Assembly: GCF_024223415.1 (NCBI RefSeq)
Contig: NZ_CP100500.1
DNA length: 64,000 nucleotides
DNA from: Escherichia coli
GTDB taxonomy: Bacteria; Pseudomonadota; Gammaproteobacteria; Enterobacterales; Enterobacteriaceae
Strand: one strand, 5' to 3'
Position numbers and translations under genes: made by a program. Under the pieces are notes generated by a model, which did no database searches, was not told the origin of the DNA, and worked only from the letters and a program-made list of their open reading frames with translations. This document shows positions 24,302-35,715 of the stretch, one piece after another (the first letter of the stretch is position 1; every line of letters starts with the position of its first letter).

Positions 24302-27300
24302 TTATTTCCGTACCCGATGTCGGTGCAGCCACATCAGCTTATACGCCGCCGGGATAATAAACAGCGACAGCAAAGGCGCGGTGATCATGCCGCCAATCAT
24401 CGGCGCGGCAATCCGGCTCATCACCTCTGACCCTGCTCCTGTTCCCCACAGAATCGGCAGCAGACCAGCGATAATCACCGCCACCGTCATCGCTTTCGGG
24501 CGCACGCGCAGTACCGCGCCGTGATACAACGCCTCATCCAGCTTCTGCTCGCTGAATGTTTGCGGATTATTCAACGACGGCTCGGCCTCTATGGCGTGAC
24601 GTAAATACATCAGCATCACCACGCCAAATTCGGCGGCGACCCCGGCGAGGGCGATAAAGCCAGTGCCCGTCGCCACAGAAAGATGAAAGCCCATCCACCA
24701 CAGCAACCAGATGCCGCCCACCAGCGCAAACGGTACGCTGCTGATAATCAGCAACGCTTCGCCCACCCGACGGAATACCAGATACAACAGCACGAAGATG
24801 ATCATCAGTGTCATCGGCACCATGAGTTTCAGCTTATGGTTGGCGCGCTCCAGTAGCTCGAACTGCCCGGAGAATGCCACGCTGGTGCCCGGTTTTAACT
24901 GCACTTTTTCAGCTATCGCTTTTTGCAAATCGTGAACCACCGACACCATGTCACGATCGCGGGCATCGATATAAATCCAGCTCGTCGGGCGCGCATTCTC
25001 GGTTTTCAGCATTGACGGTCCGGTAGAGACTTTAACGTCGGCCACGTCTGCCAGGGTGATTTGCTGCTTCATCGGCGTCAGGATCGGCAACTGGCGCAGT
25101 GCCTGCGGACTATCGCGCCAGCTTTGCGGATAACGCAGATTAATTGGATAACGGGCAATCCCTTCCACCGTTTCGCCAACCATCGCCCCGCCCACCGCAG
25201 AAGTCACAAACAACTGCACATCCGCCACCGTCATACCGTAACGTGCGGCTTTTTCACGGTTAATCTCAACGTTGATATAGCGCCCACCTTCCAGCCGCTC
25301 GGCAAGCGCAGAAGCTACGCCTGGCACCGTTCGTGCCACCTCTTCAATTTGCTCCGCCATCGCGTCGATATCCGCCAGCACAGTGCCGGAAACTTTTATG
25401 CCGATAGGGCTTTTAATGCCGGTTGAGAGCATATCGATACGGTTACGAATTGGCGGCACCCACAGATTCGCCAGCCCCGGCAGACGCACGGTGTTATCCA
25501 GTTCCTCAATGATTTTGTCCATTGTCATGCCTGGCCGCCACTGATCCTGTGGCTTAAGCTGGATGGTCGTTTCTACCATCTCCAGCGGAGCAGAATCGGT
25601 GGCGGTTTCCGCTTTTCCGGTTTTGCCAAATACCCGCGCCACTTCAGGTACGCTCATAATCAGCTTGTCGGTTTTTTGCAGCATACTCGCCGCCTCCGCT
25701 GCGGAAATCCCCGGCAGCGTCGATGGCATATACAACAAGTCGCCTTCATTGATCTGTGGTAAAAATTCCCCGCCAACTTTATTGAGCGGCCAGATAACCG
25801 TCAGCACCGAAAGCGCCGCCACCAGCAGCGTGGTTTTCGGCCAGTGCAGTACTTTCAGCAACAGCGGATGATAAACACGAATCAAAAAGCGATTGAGCGG
25901 GTTACTTCTTTCTGGCGGAATTTTGCCACGGATCCAGTAACCCATCAGGATAGGGATCACTACGATCGCCAGCAGAGCCGCACCCGCCATCGCATACGTT
26001 TTGGTGAACGCCAGCGGGCCAAACAGACGCCCTTCCTGCCCTTCCAGGGTGAAGATCGGGATAAACGACAGCGTGATAATCAGCAGACTGATAAACAGCG
26101 CCGGCCCCACTTCAACAGATGCATCGGTAATCACCTGCCAGCGCGTTTTATTATCCAGCGTGGCGTCAGGATGCTGGTGCTGCCACTCTTCCAGCCGTTT
26201 ATGTGCATTCTCGATCATGACGATAGCGGCATCGACCATCGCCCCGACGGCAATCGCAATGCCACCCAACGACATAATATTGGCATTCAGCCCCTGGAAG
26301 TGCATGACAATAAAAGCAATACACAACCCCAGCGGCAACGAAATAATCGCCACCAGCGCCGAGCGCACATGCCAGAGAAACAGCGCACAGACTACCGCCA
26401 CCACAATAAACTCTTCCAGCAACTTGCCGCTGAGGTTGTCGATGGCCCGGTCAATGAGCTGGCTGCGATCGTATGTTGTAACTATCTCCACGCCTTCCGG
26501 CAGACTACTTTTCAGCGTTTCCAGTTTGTCCTTCACGGCGGCGATCACTTCTCGGGCGTTTTTGCCGGAACGCAGGATCACCACCCCGCCCGCAACTTCG
26601 CCTTCGCCGTTCAGTTCGGCAATGCCCCGGCGCATCTCCGGGCCAACCTGGACCTTCGCAACATCACGCAGATAAACGGGCACGCCATTTTCACTGGCTT
26701 TTAAAACGATGTGATTAAAGTCGTCGAGCGTTTGCAGATAGCCGCTGGCGCGCACCATATATTCCGCTTCCGCCAGTTCGATCGACGAACCGCCCGCTTC
26801 CTGGTTTGAAGCATCCAGCGCATTTTTCACTTCGCCGAGACTGATGCCATACTGCGCCAGGCGCTGAGGATCGATAACCACCTGATACTCTTTCACCACA
26901 CCGCCCACCGACGCCACTTCCGCAACGTCAGGGATGGTTTTTAGCTCATATTTGAGAAACCAGTCCTGCAATGAGCGTAAATCGGCAAGATCGTGCTTAC
27001 CGCTGCGATCCACCAGTGCATATTCATAGATCCAGCCAACACCCGTGGCATCTGGCCCCAGCTCGGCGCTGACTCCTGCAGGCAGCTTACCCTGTACCTG
27101 GTTGAGGTACTCCAACACCCGCGAACGCGCCCAGTACGGATCGGTGCCATCTTCGAAAATGACATACACATAAGAGTCGCCAAACTGCGAGAAACCACGC
27201 ACAGTCTTCGCGCCAGGCACCGACAACATGGTGGTGGTTAGCGGATAAGTCACCTGATTTTCAACGATTTGCGGTGCCTGGCCGGGATAGCTGGTTTTAA

Positions 27301-27445
27301 TAATCACCTGCACATCGGAGAGATCCGGCAGTGCATCCACTGGCGTGTTAATGATGGTCCAGGTGCCCCAGATACTTAGAAACAACGCGCCCATCAGCAC
27401 CAAAAAACGGTTCGCCACCGAGCGACGAATAATCCATTCAATCAT
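24302..27445 (-). CDS. cusA: Cu(I)/Ag(I) RND efflux pump CusA
   Basis: 1047-aa RND transporter, last gene of cusCFBA. Confidence 0.95.
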   Translation of the reverse strand: MIEWIIRRSVANRFLVLMGALFLSIWGTWTIINTPVDALPDLSDVQVIIKTSYPGQAPQIVENQVTYPLTTTMLSVPGAKTVRGFSQFGDSYVYVIFEDGTDPYWARSRVLEYLNQVQGKLPAGVSAELGPDATGVGWIYEYALVDRSGKHDLADLRSLQDWFLKYELKTIPDVAEVASVGGVVKEYQVVIDPQRLAQYGISLGEVKNALDASNQEAGGSSIELAEAEYMVRASGYLQTLDDFNHIVLKASENGVPVYLRDVAKVQVGPEMRRGIAELNGEGEVAGGVVILRSGKNAREVIAAVKDKLETLKSSLPEGVEIVTTYDRSQLIDRAIDNLSGKLLEEFIVVAVVCALFLWHVRSALVAIISLPLGLCIAFIVMHFQGLNANIMSLGGIAIAVGAMVDAAIVMIENAHKRLEEWQHQHPDATLDNKTRWQVITDASVEVGPALFISLLIITLSFIPIFTLEGQEGRLFGPLAFTKTYAMAGAALLAIVVIPILMGYWIRGKIPPERSNPLNRFLIRVYHPLLLKVLHWPKTTLLVAALSVLTVIWPLNKVGGEFLPQINEGDLLYMPSTLPGISAAEAASMLQKTDKLIMSVPEVARVFGKTGKAETATDSAPLEMVETTIQLKPQDQWRPGMTMDKIIEELDNTVRLPGLANLWVPPIRNRIDMLSTGIKSPIGIKVSGTVLADIDAMAEQIEEVARTVPGVASALAERLEGGRYINVEINREKAARYGMTVADVQLFVTSAVGGAMVGETVEGIARYPINLRYPQSWRDSPQALRQLPILTPMKQQITLADVADVKVSTGPSMLKTENARPTSWIYIDARDRDMVSVVHDLQKAIAEKVQLKPGTSVAFSGQFELLERANHKLKLMVPMTLMIIFVLLYLVFRRVGEALLIISSVPFALVGGIWLLWWMGFHLSVATGTGFIALAGVAAEFGVVMLMYLRHAIEAEPSLNNPQTFSEQKLDEALYHGAVLRVRPKAMTVAVIIAGLLPILWGTGAGSEVMSRIAAPMIGGMITAPLLSLFIIPAAYKLMWLHRHRVRK

Positions 27446-27456
27446 TGGTTATTCCC

Positions 27457-28680
27457 TCAATGCGCATGGGTAGCACTTTCAGAGCGCATCCGCTCCAGTG
27501 CGCCAGAAATATTGGCTTCGGAATCAATCAGGAACAGGCCGCTGGAAACCACCTTTTCACCTTCCGCCAGACCAGAGCGTAACGCGGTGACACCTTGCGA
27601 TGCCTGGAAAACGGCAACGCGTTTCGGTACAAAGCGCCCGTCGGCATCAACGGTAATCACCCGCTGTTCGTTGCCGGTATCAATCAGCGCCTGTGACGGA
27701 ATGAGCAGCATCGGTTCGCTGGCGGTATTGAGTTGCAACCAGGCGTTCATTCCCGGTTTTAGCGCCTCGTCGGCGTTGTCGACTTCCAGACGCAGCTGCA
27801 GCGTGCGGGTCGCGGCATCCACGCCAGGTAGTAGCGTCCATTTGCGGATGGTGAGTGTTTTATCAGGTCGCGCCGGAACGGTGAGCGTAAACTGCGAGGC
27901 ATCTTTCACCAGCCAGGCGATGGACTCCGGGATCGCAGCAGTGACCCACACCGGGTCCATACCCTGAATTTTCGCGACCACGTTATCTTTGGCGATATTC
28001 ATTCCCGCGCGCAGATCAAACGCGGTGATCACACCATCAATGGGCGCTTTGAGCGTAAAGCGAGTCTGGATTTTTTGCGTGGCAATCAGGCGGCGAATAT
28101 CCGCCTCCGGCATTCCCGCCAGTCGCAGTCGCTCAAGAATGCCTTCAGTCTGGGTCGCCGTACCGCCGGTTTCGCGCAGCAGTAAATACTCACTCTGCGC
28201 TTCCACCCAGTCGGGAATGGTCAGGTCGAGAAGCGGTGTGCCCTTTTGCACTTTATCGCCCACGGTAAGCGGATACACCTTGTCGATAAACCCGGCAGCG
28301 CGAGCCTGCACAATGGCATACTGATACTCGTTGTAACTGACATTCGCCGGGAAACTCTGGGCAAAAGTCAGCGGTCCGCGCGTGACGGTAGCCGTTTTCA
28401 CCCCCAGATTCTGCGTCTGAGTCGGGTCAATGCGCACACCAGACGCAGAACTCTCTTCATCGGCATATTTCGGCACCAGATCCATATCCATAAACGGCGA
28501 TTTACCTGGTTTATCGAACCGCGTATTGGGATACATCGGGTCGTACCAGAATAAGATTTTACGTTCTGCGGTCGACGTTTTTTCTGCGGGCGGTTCAGCC
28601 CGGTCAAACCAGGTAAAACCTGCCGCAGAAATAATACCGCCCGCGATCATGCTGCCGATAATAAGCGCGATTTTTTTCAT
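27457..28680 (-). CDS. cusB: Cu/Ag efflux membrane-fusion protein CusB
   Basis: 407-aa ORF with signal sequence; HlyD-like periplasmic adaptor. Confidence 0.93.
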   Translation of the reverse strand: MKKIALIIGSMIAGGIISAAGFTWFDRAEPPAEKTSTAERKILFWYDPMYPNTRFDKPGKSPFMDMDLVPKYADEESSASGVRIDPTQTQNLGVKTATVTRGPLTFAQSFPANVSYNEYQYAIVQARAAGFIDKVYPLTVGDKVQKGTPLLDLTIPDWVEAQSEYLLLRETGGTATQTEGILERLRLAGMPEADIRRLIATQKIQTRFTLKAPIDGVITAFDLRAGMNIAKDNVVAKIQGMDPVWVTAAIPESIAWLVKDASQFTLTVPARPDKTLTIRKWTLLPGVDAATRTLQLRLEVDNADEALKPGMNAWLQLNTASEPMLLIPSQALIDTGNEQRVITVDADGRFVPKRVAVFQASQGVTALRSGLAEGEKVVSSGLFLIDSEANISGALERMRSESATHAH

Positions 28681-28695
28681 CTCATTAAACCTGGG

Positions 28696-29028
28696 TTACT
28701 GGCTGACTTTAATATCCTGTAATAAAGAAAGGTTGCCCTGCTGGACAAAATTAAACGCCACTTTGTCGCCAGTTTTAATTTCACTCATTTTCGTCTGCGG
28801 AGTGATGGTAAAGCGCATAGTCATCTCCGGCCAGTTCACGGCAGCAATCGGATCGTGATGGATGGTAATTTTTTTGCTTTCCAGATCAACACCTTTTACC
28901 ACGCCGGTGGCACTAATGACCTGTGGTTGTGCTTCGCTCATGGTTTCATGATGATGTTCGTTAGCCTGGGCATTAAAGCCAATAACGGTAAACAGACTGA
29001 ACATTGCGACTTGCAGTGCTTTTTTCAT
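28696..29028 (-). CDS. cusF: periplasmic copper chaperone CusF
   Basis: 110-aa ORF with signal peptide and Met/His-rich metal-binding region. Confidence 0.9.
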   Translation of the reverse strand: MKKALQVAMFSLFTVIGFNAQANEHHHETMSEAQPQVISATGVVKGVDLESKKITIHHDPIAAVNWPEMTMRFTITPQTKMSEIKTGDKVAFNFVQQGNLSLLQDIKVSQ

Positions 29029-29051
29029 TTATTCTCTCCTGGAGTTAAAAA

Positions 29052-30434
29052 TTATTGCTGCCAACCGCCACCAAGTGCGGTATATAATGAAATTTCGTTG
29101 ACCTGACGGGCATAATTCAGGTCAAGTAAGGTTTGTCGGGTTGCAAATAAAGAACGCTCGGCATCCAGCACTTCCAGATAACTTACCGCGCCGTGCTGAT
29201 ATAATGCCCGCGCCCGTTGCAAAGTAATTTGCAGCGACGCCAGATAACGCTGCTGGGCGCTGATTTGATCGTTCAGGCTTTGACGTAATGCCAGCGCATC
29301 TGCCACTTCTTTAAAGGCGTTCTGGATTTTCTGTTCATAATTCACTACCGACTGCTGCTGGCGAATTTCGGCGATATCCAGATTGGCCTGGTTGCGTCCG
29401 GCATTAAAAATGGGGATCTCAATTTTAGGAATAAAATTCCACATCCCGCTGCTGGCGTTAAATAATGACGACAGATCGCTGCTGGCGGTTGATATTCCGC
29501 TGGTCAGGCTTATAGATGGGAAAAATGCCGCGCGTGCGGCCCCAATATTGGCATTAGCCGCCATTAACGCGTGTTCAGCTTCCATAATATCCGGGCGCTG
29601 CAATAAGATTTGCGACGACAAGCCCGCCGGTAATTTAACGCTTTGCAGGCTGTCGCTGTTTACTGTCTGCGCTTGCGGCAGCTTGCCGTAGCTTCCCAAT
29701 AACAGTTGCAATGCATTATTCGCCTGCGCCAGTACCCCCTGACGTTTAGCGATGTCACTGCGGGTACTTTCTATCACCCCGCGAGCCTGTTCCAGCGCCA
29801 GAACATTGCTGCTACCGGTCAACAGTTGTTTTTCGACAAACGCATATGACTGCTGATAATTACGCAGCGTTTCTTCGGCTATTTGCAATTGCGCATACGC
29901 CAGCTGCTGATTGAAATAGCTTTGCGCGACATTAGAAACCAGCAGAATATGCACCGCGCGCTGAGCTTCCTCAGTGGCTAAATAATTTTGTCGCTCGGCT
30001 TCGCTCATGTTCTTTAAGCGCCCGAAAAAATCGAGGTCAAAGCTGGCGTTAAGGCCAGTAGAAAACTCCCGCGTCGTGGCTGAATCGCCTTTAAGATTGC
30101 CGCTCCAGCTGCCGCTGCCCTCGCCATTGAGCTGTGGGTAGCGGTCGGCATCGGTCAGACGATATTGCGCCCGTGCCTCCTGCACTTTCAGCGTCGCCAT
30201 GCGCAAATCCCGGTTATTCTCCAGCGCCTCGCTAATCAGCGTCTTCACCTGATTATCAACAAAAAAGGTGCGCCAGCCCGCGTTCTGATAGTTATCTGCT
30301 GCGTTAACCAGGCCGTTCTGGCTGAGTGAGAACTGCTGAGGAACGGGCATTGCCGGACGCTGATAATCCGGTGCCAGTGAACAACCGGTTAGCGCAAGGG
30401 CCACACAAAATGGCAGAAGTTTACAAGGAGACAT
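29052..30434 (-). CDS. cusC: Cu/Ag efflux outer-membrane factor CusC
   Basis: 460-aa ORF with lipobox LTGCS; TolC-like outer-membrane factor. Confidence 0.92.
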   Translation of the reverse strand: MSPCKLLPFCVALALTGCSLAPDYQRPAMPVPQQFSLSQNGLVNAADNYQNAGWRTFFVDNQVKTLISEALENNRDLRMATLKVQEARAQYRLTDADRYPQLNGEGSGSWSGNLKGDSATTREFSTGLNASFDLDFFGRLKNMSEAERQNYLATEEAQRAVHILLVSNVAQSYFNQQLAYAQLQIAEETLRNYQQSYAFVEKQLLTGSSNVLALEQARGVIESTRSDIAKRQGVLAQANNALQLLLGSYGKLPQAQTVNSDSLQSVKLPAGLSSQILLQRPDIMEAEHALMAANANIGAARAAFFPSISLTSGISTASSDLSSLFNASSGMWNFIPKIEIPIFNAGRNQANLDIAEIRQQQSVVNYEQKIQNAFKEVADALALRQSLNDQISAQQRYLASLQITLQRARALYQHGAVSYLEVLDAERSLFATRQTLLDLNYARQVNEISLYTALGGGWQQ

Positions 30435-30505
30435 AGGCTCATAATTTCTGGTGATTTTATACCGCCAACTTTACTCGCCAGGCTCTGATTTTCCGGTGAC
30501 AGGAA

Positions 30506-30527
30506 AATGACAAAATTGTCATTTTGC
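30506..30527. promoter_or_regulatory. CusR box in the cusC / cusR divergent promoter
   Basis: Perfect palindrome AAAATGACAAAATTGTCATTTT, matching the known CusR operator. Confidence 0.65.
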
Positions 30528-30590
30528 CAATAAGCGATTGCCATCTGATCCCGCTACTCTAGAATTGCCCGGGCAACATGCGGAGGAAAT

Positions 30591-31274
30591 ATGAAACTGT
30601 TGATTGTCGAAGATGAAAAGAAAACCGGAGAATACTTGACCAAAGGGTTAACCGAAGCCGGTTTTGTGGTCGATTTGGCCGACAACGGGCTGAATGGCTA
30701 CCATCTGGCGATGACCGGAGATTATGACCTGATAATCCTCGATATTATGCTGCCGGACGTGAACGGCTGGGATATCGTGCGCATGTTACGTTCCGCCAAT
30801 AAAGGGATGCCGATTCTGTTGCTTACCGCGCTTGGCACCATTGAACATCGCGTCAAGGGGCTGGAGTTGGGGGCAGATGACTATCTGGTGAAGCCGTTCG
30901 CTTTTGCTGAACTGCTGGCGCGGGTGCGCACTCTACTGCGGCGCGGGGCGGCGGTGATTATCGAAAGTCAGTTTCAGGTTGCCGATTTGATGGTCGATCT
31001 CGTCAGCCGCAAAGTCACCCGCAGCGGCACGCGCATCACTTTGACCAGTAAAGAGTTTACTCTGCTGGAGTTTTTTCTCCGCCATCAGGGCGAAGTGCTG
31101 CCCCGCTCGCTTATCGCCTCGCAGGTATGGGACATGAATTTTGACAGCGACACTAACGCCATTGATGTGGCGGTGAAGCGACTGCGCGGCAAAATCGACA
31201 ACGACTTTGAGCCGAAGCTGATTCAAACCGTGCGCGGCGTGGGTTACATGCTTGAGGTGCCGGATGGTCAGTAA
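30591..31274 (+). CDS. cusR: copper-responsive response regulator CusR (OmpR family)
   Basis: 227-aa ORF; receiver domain plus winged-helix output domain. Confidence 0.93.
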
Positions 31275-32712
31275 GCCATTTCAGCGCCCGTTTTCGCTGG
31301 CAACCCGCCTGACCTTTTTTATCAGCCTGGCCACCATCGCGGCGTTTTTCGCCTTTGCATGGATCATGATCCACTCAGTAAAAGTGCATTTTGCCGAGCA
31401 GGATATTAATGATTTAAAAGAGATTAGCGCCACCCTTGAACGGGTACTAAATCACCCTGACGAAACGCAAGCCCGACGCTTAATGACGCTGGAAGATATC
31501 GTCAGTGGTTATTCCAACGTGTTGATTTCCCTGGCAGATAGCCACGGCAAAACGGTGTATCACTCCCCCGGTGCGCCGGATATCCGCGAGTTTGCACGTG
31601 ATGCCATACCCGATAAAGACGCGCGGGGTGGCGAGGTGTATCTCCTTTCCGGCCCGACGATGATGATGCCAGGCCACGGTCACGGGCATATGGAACACAG
31701 CAACTGGCGGATGATTAACTTGCCGGTTGGCCCGTTGGTGGACGGCAAACCGATTTATACGCTCTACATCGCGCTTTCGATCGATTTTCATCTTCATTAC
31801 ATAAATGATTTGATGAATAAACTTATTATGACCGCATCGGTAATCAGCATCCTGATCGTCTTTATCGTACTGTTGGCGGTACATAAAGGTCACGCGCCGA
31901 TCCGCAGCGTCAGCCGTCAAATCCAGAATATCACCTCGAAAGATCTCGACGTCCGCCTTGACCCGCAGACCGTGCCCATTGAGCTGGAACAGCTGGTACT
32001 GTCGTTCAACCATATGATCGAGCGTATTGAGGATGTCTTTACCCGCCAGTCCAATTTCTCAGCGGACATCGCCCACGAAATTCGCACACCAATTACGAAT
32101 CTCATAACGCAAACCGAAATCGCCCTCAGCCAGTCGCGCAGCCAGAAGGAGCTGGAAGATGTGCTCTACTCTAATCTCGAAGAGCTGACGCGAATGGCGA
32201 AAATGGTCAGCGATATGCTGTTTCTCGCTCAGGCCGATAACAACCAGCTAATCCCCGAAAAGAAAATGCTCAACCTGGCGGATGAAATCGGCAAAGTGTT
32301 CGATTTTTTCGAGGCGTTAGCGGAAGATCGCGGCGTGGAGTTGCAGTTTGTTGGCGACGAGTGCCAGGTTGCGGGCGATCCGCTGATGCTGCGTCGGGCA
32401 TTAAGCAACCTGCTTTCTAATGCCCTGCGTTATACGCCACCCGGAGAGGCTATTGTAGTGCGCTGCCAGACGGTCGAGCATCAGGTGCAAGTTATCGTCG
32501 AAAACCCCGGTACTCCCATTGCGCCCGAGCACTTACCGCGATTGTTTGACCGTTTCTACCGCGTTGACCCTTCCCGCCAGCGAAAAGGCGAAGGTAGCGG
32601 CATTGGGCTGGCGATAGTGAAATCGATTGTTGTCGCACATAAAGGCACGGTTGCAGTAACGTCAGATGCGCGGGGGACAAGGTTTGTGATTGTGTTGCCG
32701 GAGAGGGGGTGA
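31264..32712 (+). CDS. cusS: copper-sensing histidine kinase CusS
   Basis: Start at [10 protein letters not shown] overlapping the cusR stop; two TM segments, H-box [10 protein letters not shown] and ATPase domain. Confidence 0.9.
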
Positions 32713-33305
32713 TTATTAAGTTCAAATTCAGGGCGAGGGTTTACGGCGTTTTTCGCTAAATTTCCATCATTATAAACAAGCCACCTATCATATAAAGCAA
32801 TGAATAATTAAATCGCGATTAATCATCATTAATTTTTATATTATTCACCCAATCCATTTATAAAGTGAATTTGATAAATTCCTAATTTAAAATATCCACT
32901 ATTGAGCCAGTATTTAACAACGTTAAGATGTGCAATGTGCAGATCATGTTATCAGGGTGGAGCGGTAGCATATATTTTTTAAGCAATCATTCATTTTAAT
33001 GATGTTAATTGGGTTATTTAGTTGTGAATAAAAACATATTATGAATATTGGTTTAACTTTGCGTTTTTGTTACTCGCTGTGATGTGCGCACCTGTCCTGA
33101 ATAACGTCAGGAAACAATAAGTTGAGCTTGTGATTATTTTTTTGACTGAACAGACACCCGTTTCTGTAAAGTAATATTTAAACAAAATTCTCACATAATC
33201 ATAGCATTTTTTGTTCCTTCCCTAATAACGTCTTAAGTCGTCCCGCTTATCTCATTATCCGCAGTTGTACGGTGCGGATTATTATTCATTTTACCGGAGG
33301 TTGCT

Positions 33306-35207
33306 ATGTCAACCGGATTACGTTTCACACTGGAAGTGGACGGCCTGCCACCGGACGCTTTTGCGGTGGTTTCCTTTCATCTCACCCAGTCACTCTCTTC
33401 GCTCTTTTCCCTCGATCTCTCCCTGGTCAGCCAGCAGTTTCTCTCCCTTGAATTCCAGCAGATCCTCGACAAAATGGCCTACCTGACGATATGGCAGGGC
33501 GATGACGTACAGCGCCGGGTGAAAGGTGTGGTGACCTGGTTTGAACTGGGGGAGAACGACAAAAACCAGATGCTGTACAGCATGAAGGTATGCCCGCCGC
33601 TGTGGCGTGCCGGTCTGCGCCAGAACTTCCGTATCTTCCAGAACGAGGACATCAAAAGCATCCTCGGCACGATATTGCAGGAAAACGGGGTGACCGAGTG
33701 GAGTCCGCTGTTCAGTGAACCGCATCCTTCCCGTGAGTTTTGTGTCCAGTACGGTGAGACTGATTACGATTTCCTGTGCCGGATGGCGGCGGAGGAAGGC
33801 ATCTTCTTTTATGAGGAGCATGCTTACAAAAGTACCGACCAGAGCCTGGTGCTGTGCGACACGGTCCGCCATCTGCCCGAATCTTTTGAAATCCCATGGA
33901 ACCCGAACACCCGTACCGAGGTGAGCACCCTCTGCATCAGCCAGTTTCGCTACAGCGCACAAATCCGCCCTTCTTCCGTGGTGACCAAAGACTACACCTT
34001 TAAACGCCCCGGCTGGGCAGGACGTTTTGATCAGGAAGGCCAGCACCAGGATTACCAGCGCACGCAGTATGAGGTGTATGACTACCCCGGACGTTTCAAG
34101 GGCGCCCACGGGCAGAACTTTGCCCGCTGGCAGATGGAGGGCTGGCGAAACAATGCAGAAACCGCGCGGGGAATGAGTCGCTCGCCGGAGATATGGCCGG
34201 GACGGCGAATTGTGCTGACGGGGCATCCGCAGGCGAACCTGAACCGGGAATGGCAGGTGGTGGCAAGTGAACTGCACGGCGAGCAGCCGCAGGCGGTGCC
34301 GGGAAGGCGGGGAGCAGGGACGGCGCTGGAGAACCATTTTGCGGTGATCCCGGCAGACCGGACATGGCGACCCCAGCCGCGGCTAAAACCGCTGGTGGAC
34401 GGTCCGCAGAGCGCCGTCGTGACGGGGCCGGAGGGTGAGGAAATCTTCTGTGATGAACATGGCCGAGTGCGGGTGAAATTCAACTGGGACCGTTATAACC
34501 CGGCAGACCAGGACAGCTCGTGCTGGATCCGTGTGGCACAGGCGTGGGCAGGCACCGGTTTTGGCAACCTGGCGATACCGCGTGTGGGTCAGGAGGTGAT
34601 AGTGGACTTCCTCAACGGCGATCCGGACCAGCCGATCATTATGGGGCGCACCTACCACCAGGAAAACCGCACCCCCGGCAGCCTGCCGGGGACGAAGACG
34701 CAGATGACCATCCGTTCCAAAACGTATATGGGCAGCGGGTTTAATGAGCTGAAGTTTGACGATGCGACAGGGAAAGAACAGGTCTACATCCACGCGCAGA
34801 AGGACATGGATACCGAGGTACTCAACGATCGTACCACCACCGTAAAACACGATCATCGCGAAACCGTAAAAAATGACCAGACGGTCACGATACAGGAAGG
34901 TAATCGCCTTCTTATGGTGGAAAAAGGCGACAAGATCACAGGAGTACGAAAAGGTTCTTTATCTGAGAATGTCTTTCAGGACAGAGGCACGATTGCCGGT
35001 TCGGTGCATGTTGACGCTGTAGACAATGGTGGCGAAGGCAACGGTATACAGGCTTATACGGCAATTAAGGAAATTATGCTGGCCGTGGAGGAAAGCAAAA
35101 TTGCGCTGACGCCGGATGGCATTCAGCTACAGGTCGGGGAATCAACGGTAATCAGGCTGTCGAAGGATGGCATCACCATCGTGGGCGGCTCTGTTTTTAT
35201 CAACTGA
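33306..35207 (+). CDS. vgrG: type VI secretion spike protein VgrG (gp27/gp5-like, no C-terminal extension)
   Basis: 633-aa ORF with strong RBS GGAGG; canonical VgrG sequence features; preceded by about 600 bp of AT-rich DNA. Confidence 0.9.
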   Translation: MSTGLRFTLEVDGLPPDAFAVVSFHLTQSLSSLFSLDLSLVSQQFLSLEFQQILDKMAYLTIWQGDDVQRRVKGVVTWFELGENDKNQMLYSMKVCPPLWRAGLRQNFRIFQNEDIKSILGTILQENGVTEWSPLFSEPHPSREFCVQYGETDYDFLCRMAAEEGIFFYEEHAYKSTDQSLVLCDTVRHLPESFEIPWNPNTRTEVSTLCISQFRYSAQIRPSSVVTKDYTFKRPGWAGRFDQEGQHQDYQRTQYEVYDYPGRFKGAHGQNFARWQMEGWRNNAETARGMSRSPEIWPGRRIVLTGHPQANLNREWQVVASELHGEQPQAVPGRRGAGTALENHFAVIPADRTWRPQPRLKPLVDGPQSAVVTGPEGEEIFCDEHGRVRVKFNWDRYNPADQDSSCWIRVAQAWAGTGFGNLAIPRVGQEVIVDFLNGDPDQPIIMGRTYHQENRTPGSLPGTKTQMTIRSKTYMGSGFNELKFDDATGKEQVYIHAQKDMDTEVLNDRTTTVKHDHRETVKNDQTVTIQEGNRLLMVEKGDKITGVRKGSLSENVFQDRGTIAGSVHVDAVDNGGEGNGIQAYTAIKEIMLAVEESKIALTPDGIQLQVGESTVIRLSKDGITIVGGSVFIN

Positions 35208-35234
35208 TTCACTCAGATTATCAGGGAGTATTTT

Positions 35235-35696
35235 ATGCAGTTCACTTTTAATGAAGGCCACATTCAACTGCCGTCTCAATGGCAGGATCAGTCAATGCAG
35301 GTCCTGGTGTCCACAGATAACAGTGGCATCAACCTGGTCATTACCCGCGAAGCCGTTCCACAGGGAACCCTGACACCAGAGCTGTACCAGGAAACGCTGG
35401 CGCTGTACCAGGGCAAACTTGATGGGTACACCGCACATGCCTGCCGGGAAATCACTCTGGCAGAGGCCCCGGCCTGGCTGCTGGATTATTCCTGGAACGG
35501 TCCGGAAGATGAAGGGAATCAGGGGCGGATTAGCCAGATAGCCGTATTCCAGCGGCGTGGAGATACGCTGCTGACCTTCACTTTCAGCACCTCCTTATCC
35601 CTGAAGAACAGTCAAAAGACGATGCTGCTGGAGGTGATAAAGAGCTTCACCCCGTTGCCACCGGAGAATGATATCCAAAAGGACCAGCCGCGCTGA
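35235..35696 (+). CDS. DUF1795-family (Eag-like) effector chaperone/adaptor
   Basis: 153-aa ORF directly between vgrG and a prePAAR Rhs gene, the usual position and size for Eag/DUF1795 chaperones; family assignment is by context and sequence recollection. Confidence 0.7.
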   Translation: MQFTFNEGHIQLPSQWQDQSMQVLVSTDNSGINLVITREAVPQGTLTPELYQETLALYQGKLDGYTAHACREITLAEAPAWLLDYSWNGPEDEGNQGRISQIAVFQRRGDTLLTFTFSTSLSLKNSQKTMLLEVIKSFTPLPPENDIQKDQPR

Positions 35697-35715
35697 CATA
35701 AACGAGGGATAACAC

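Noticed and set aside
25844-26704. Long + strand ORFs (286 aa and 224 aa) inside cusA
   Set aside because: They lie antisense within a strongly supported, full-length RND transporter gene and have arginine/glutamine-rich, low-complexity translations; shadow ORFs.
33390-34337. 315-aa minus-strand ORF opposite vgrG
   Set aside because: Antisense to a well-supported VgrG ORF that has a strong RBS; composition-driven.
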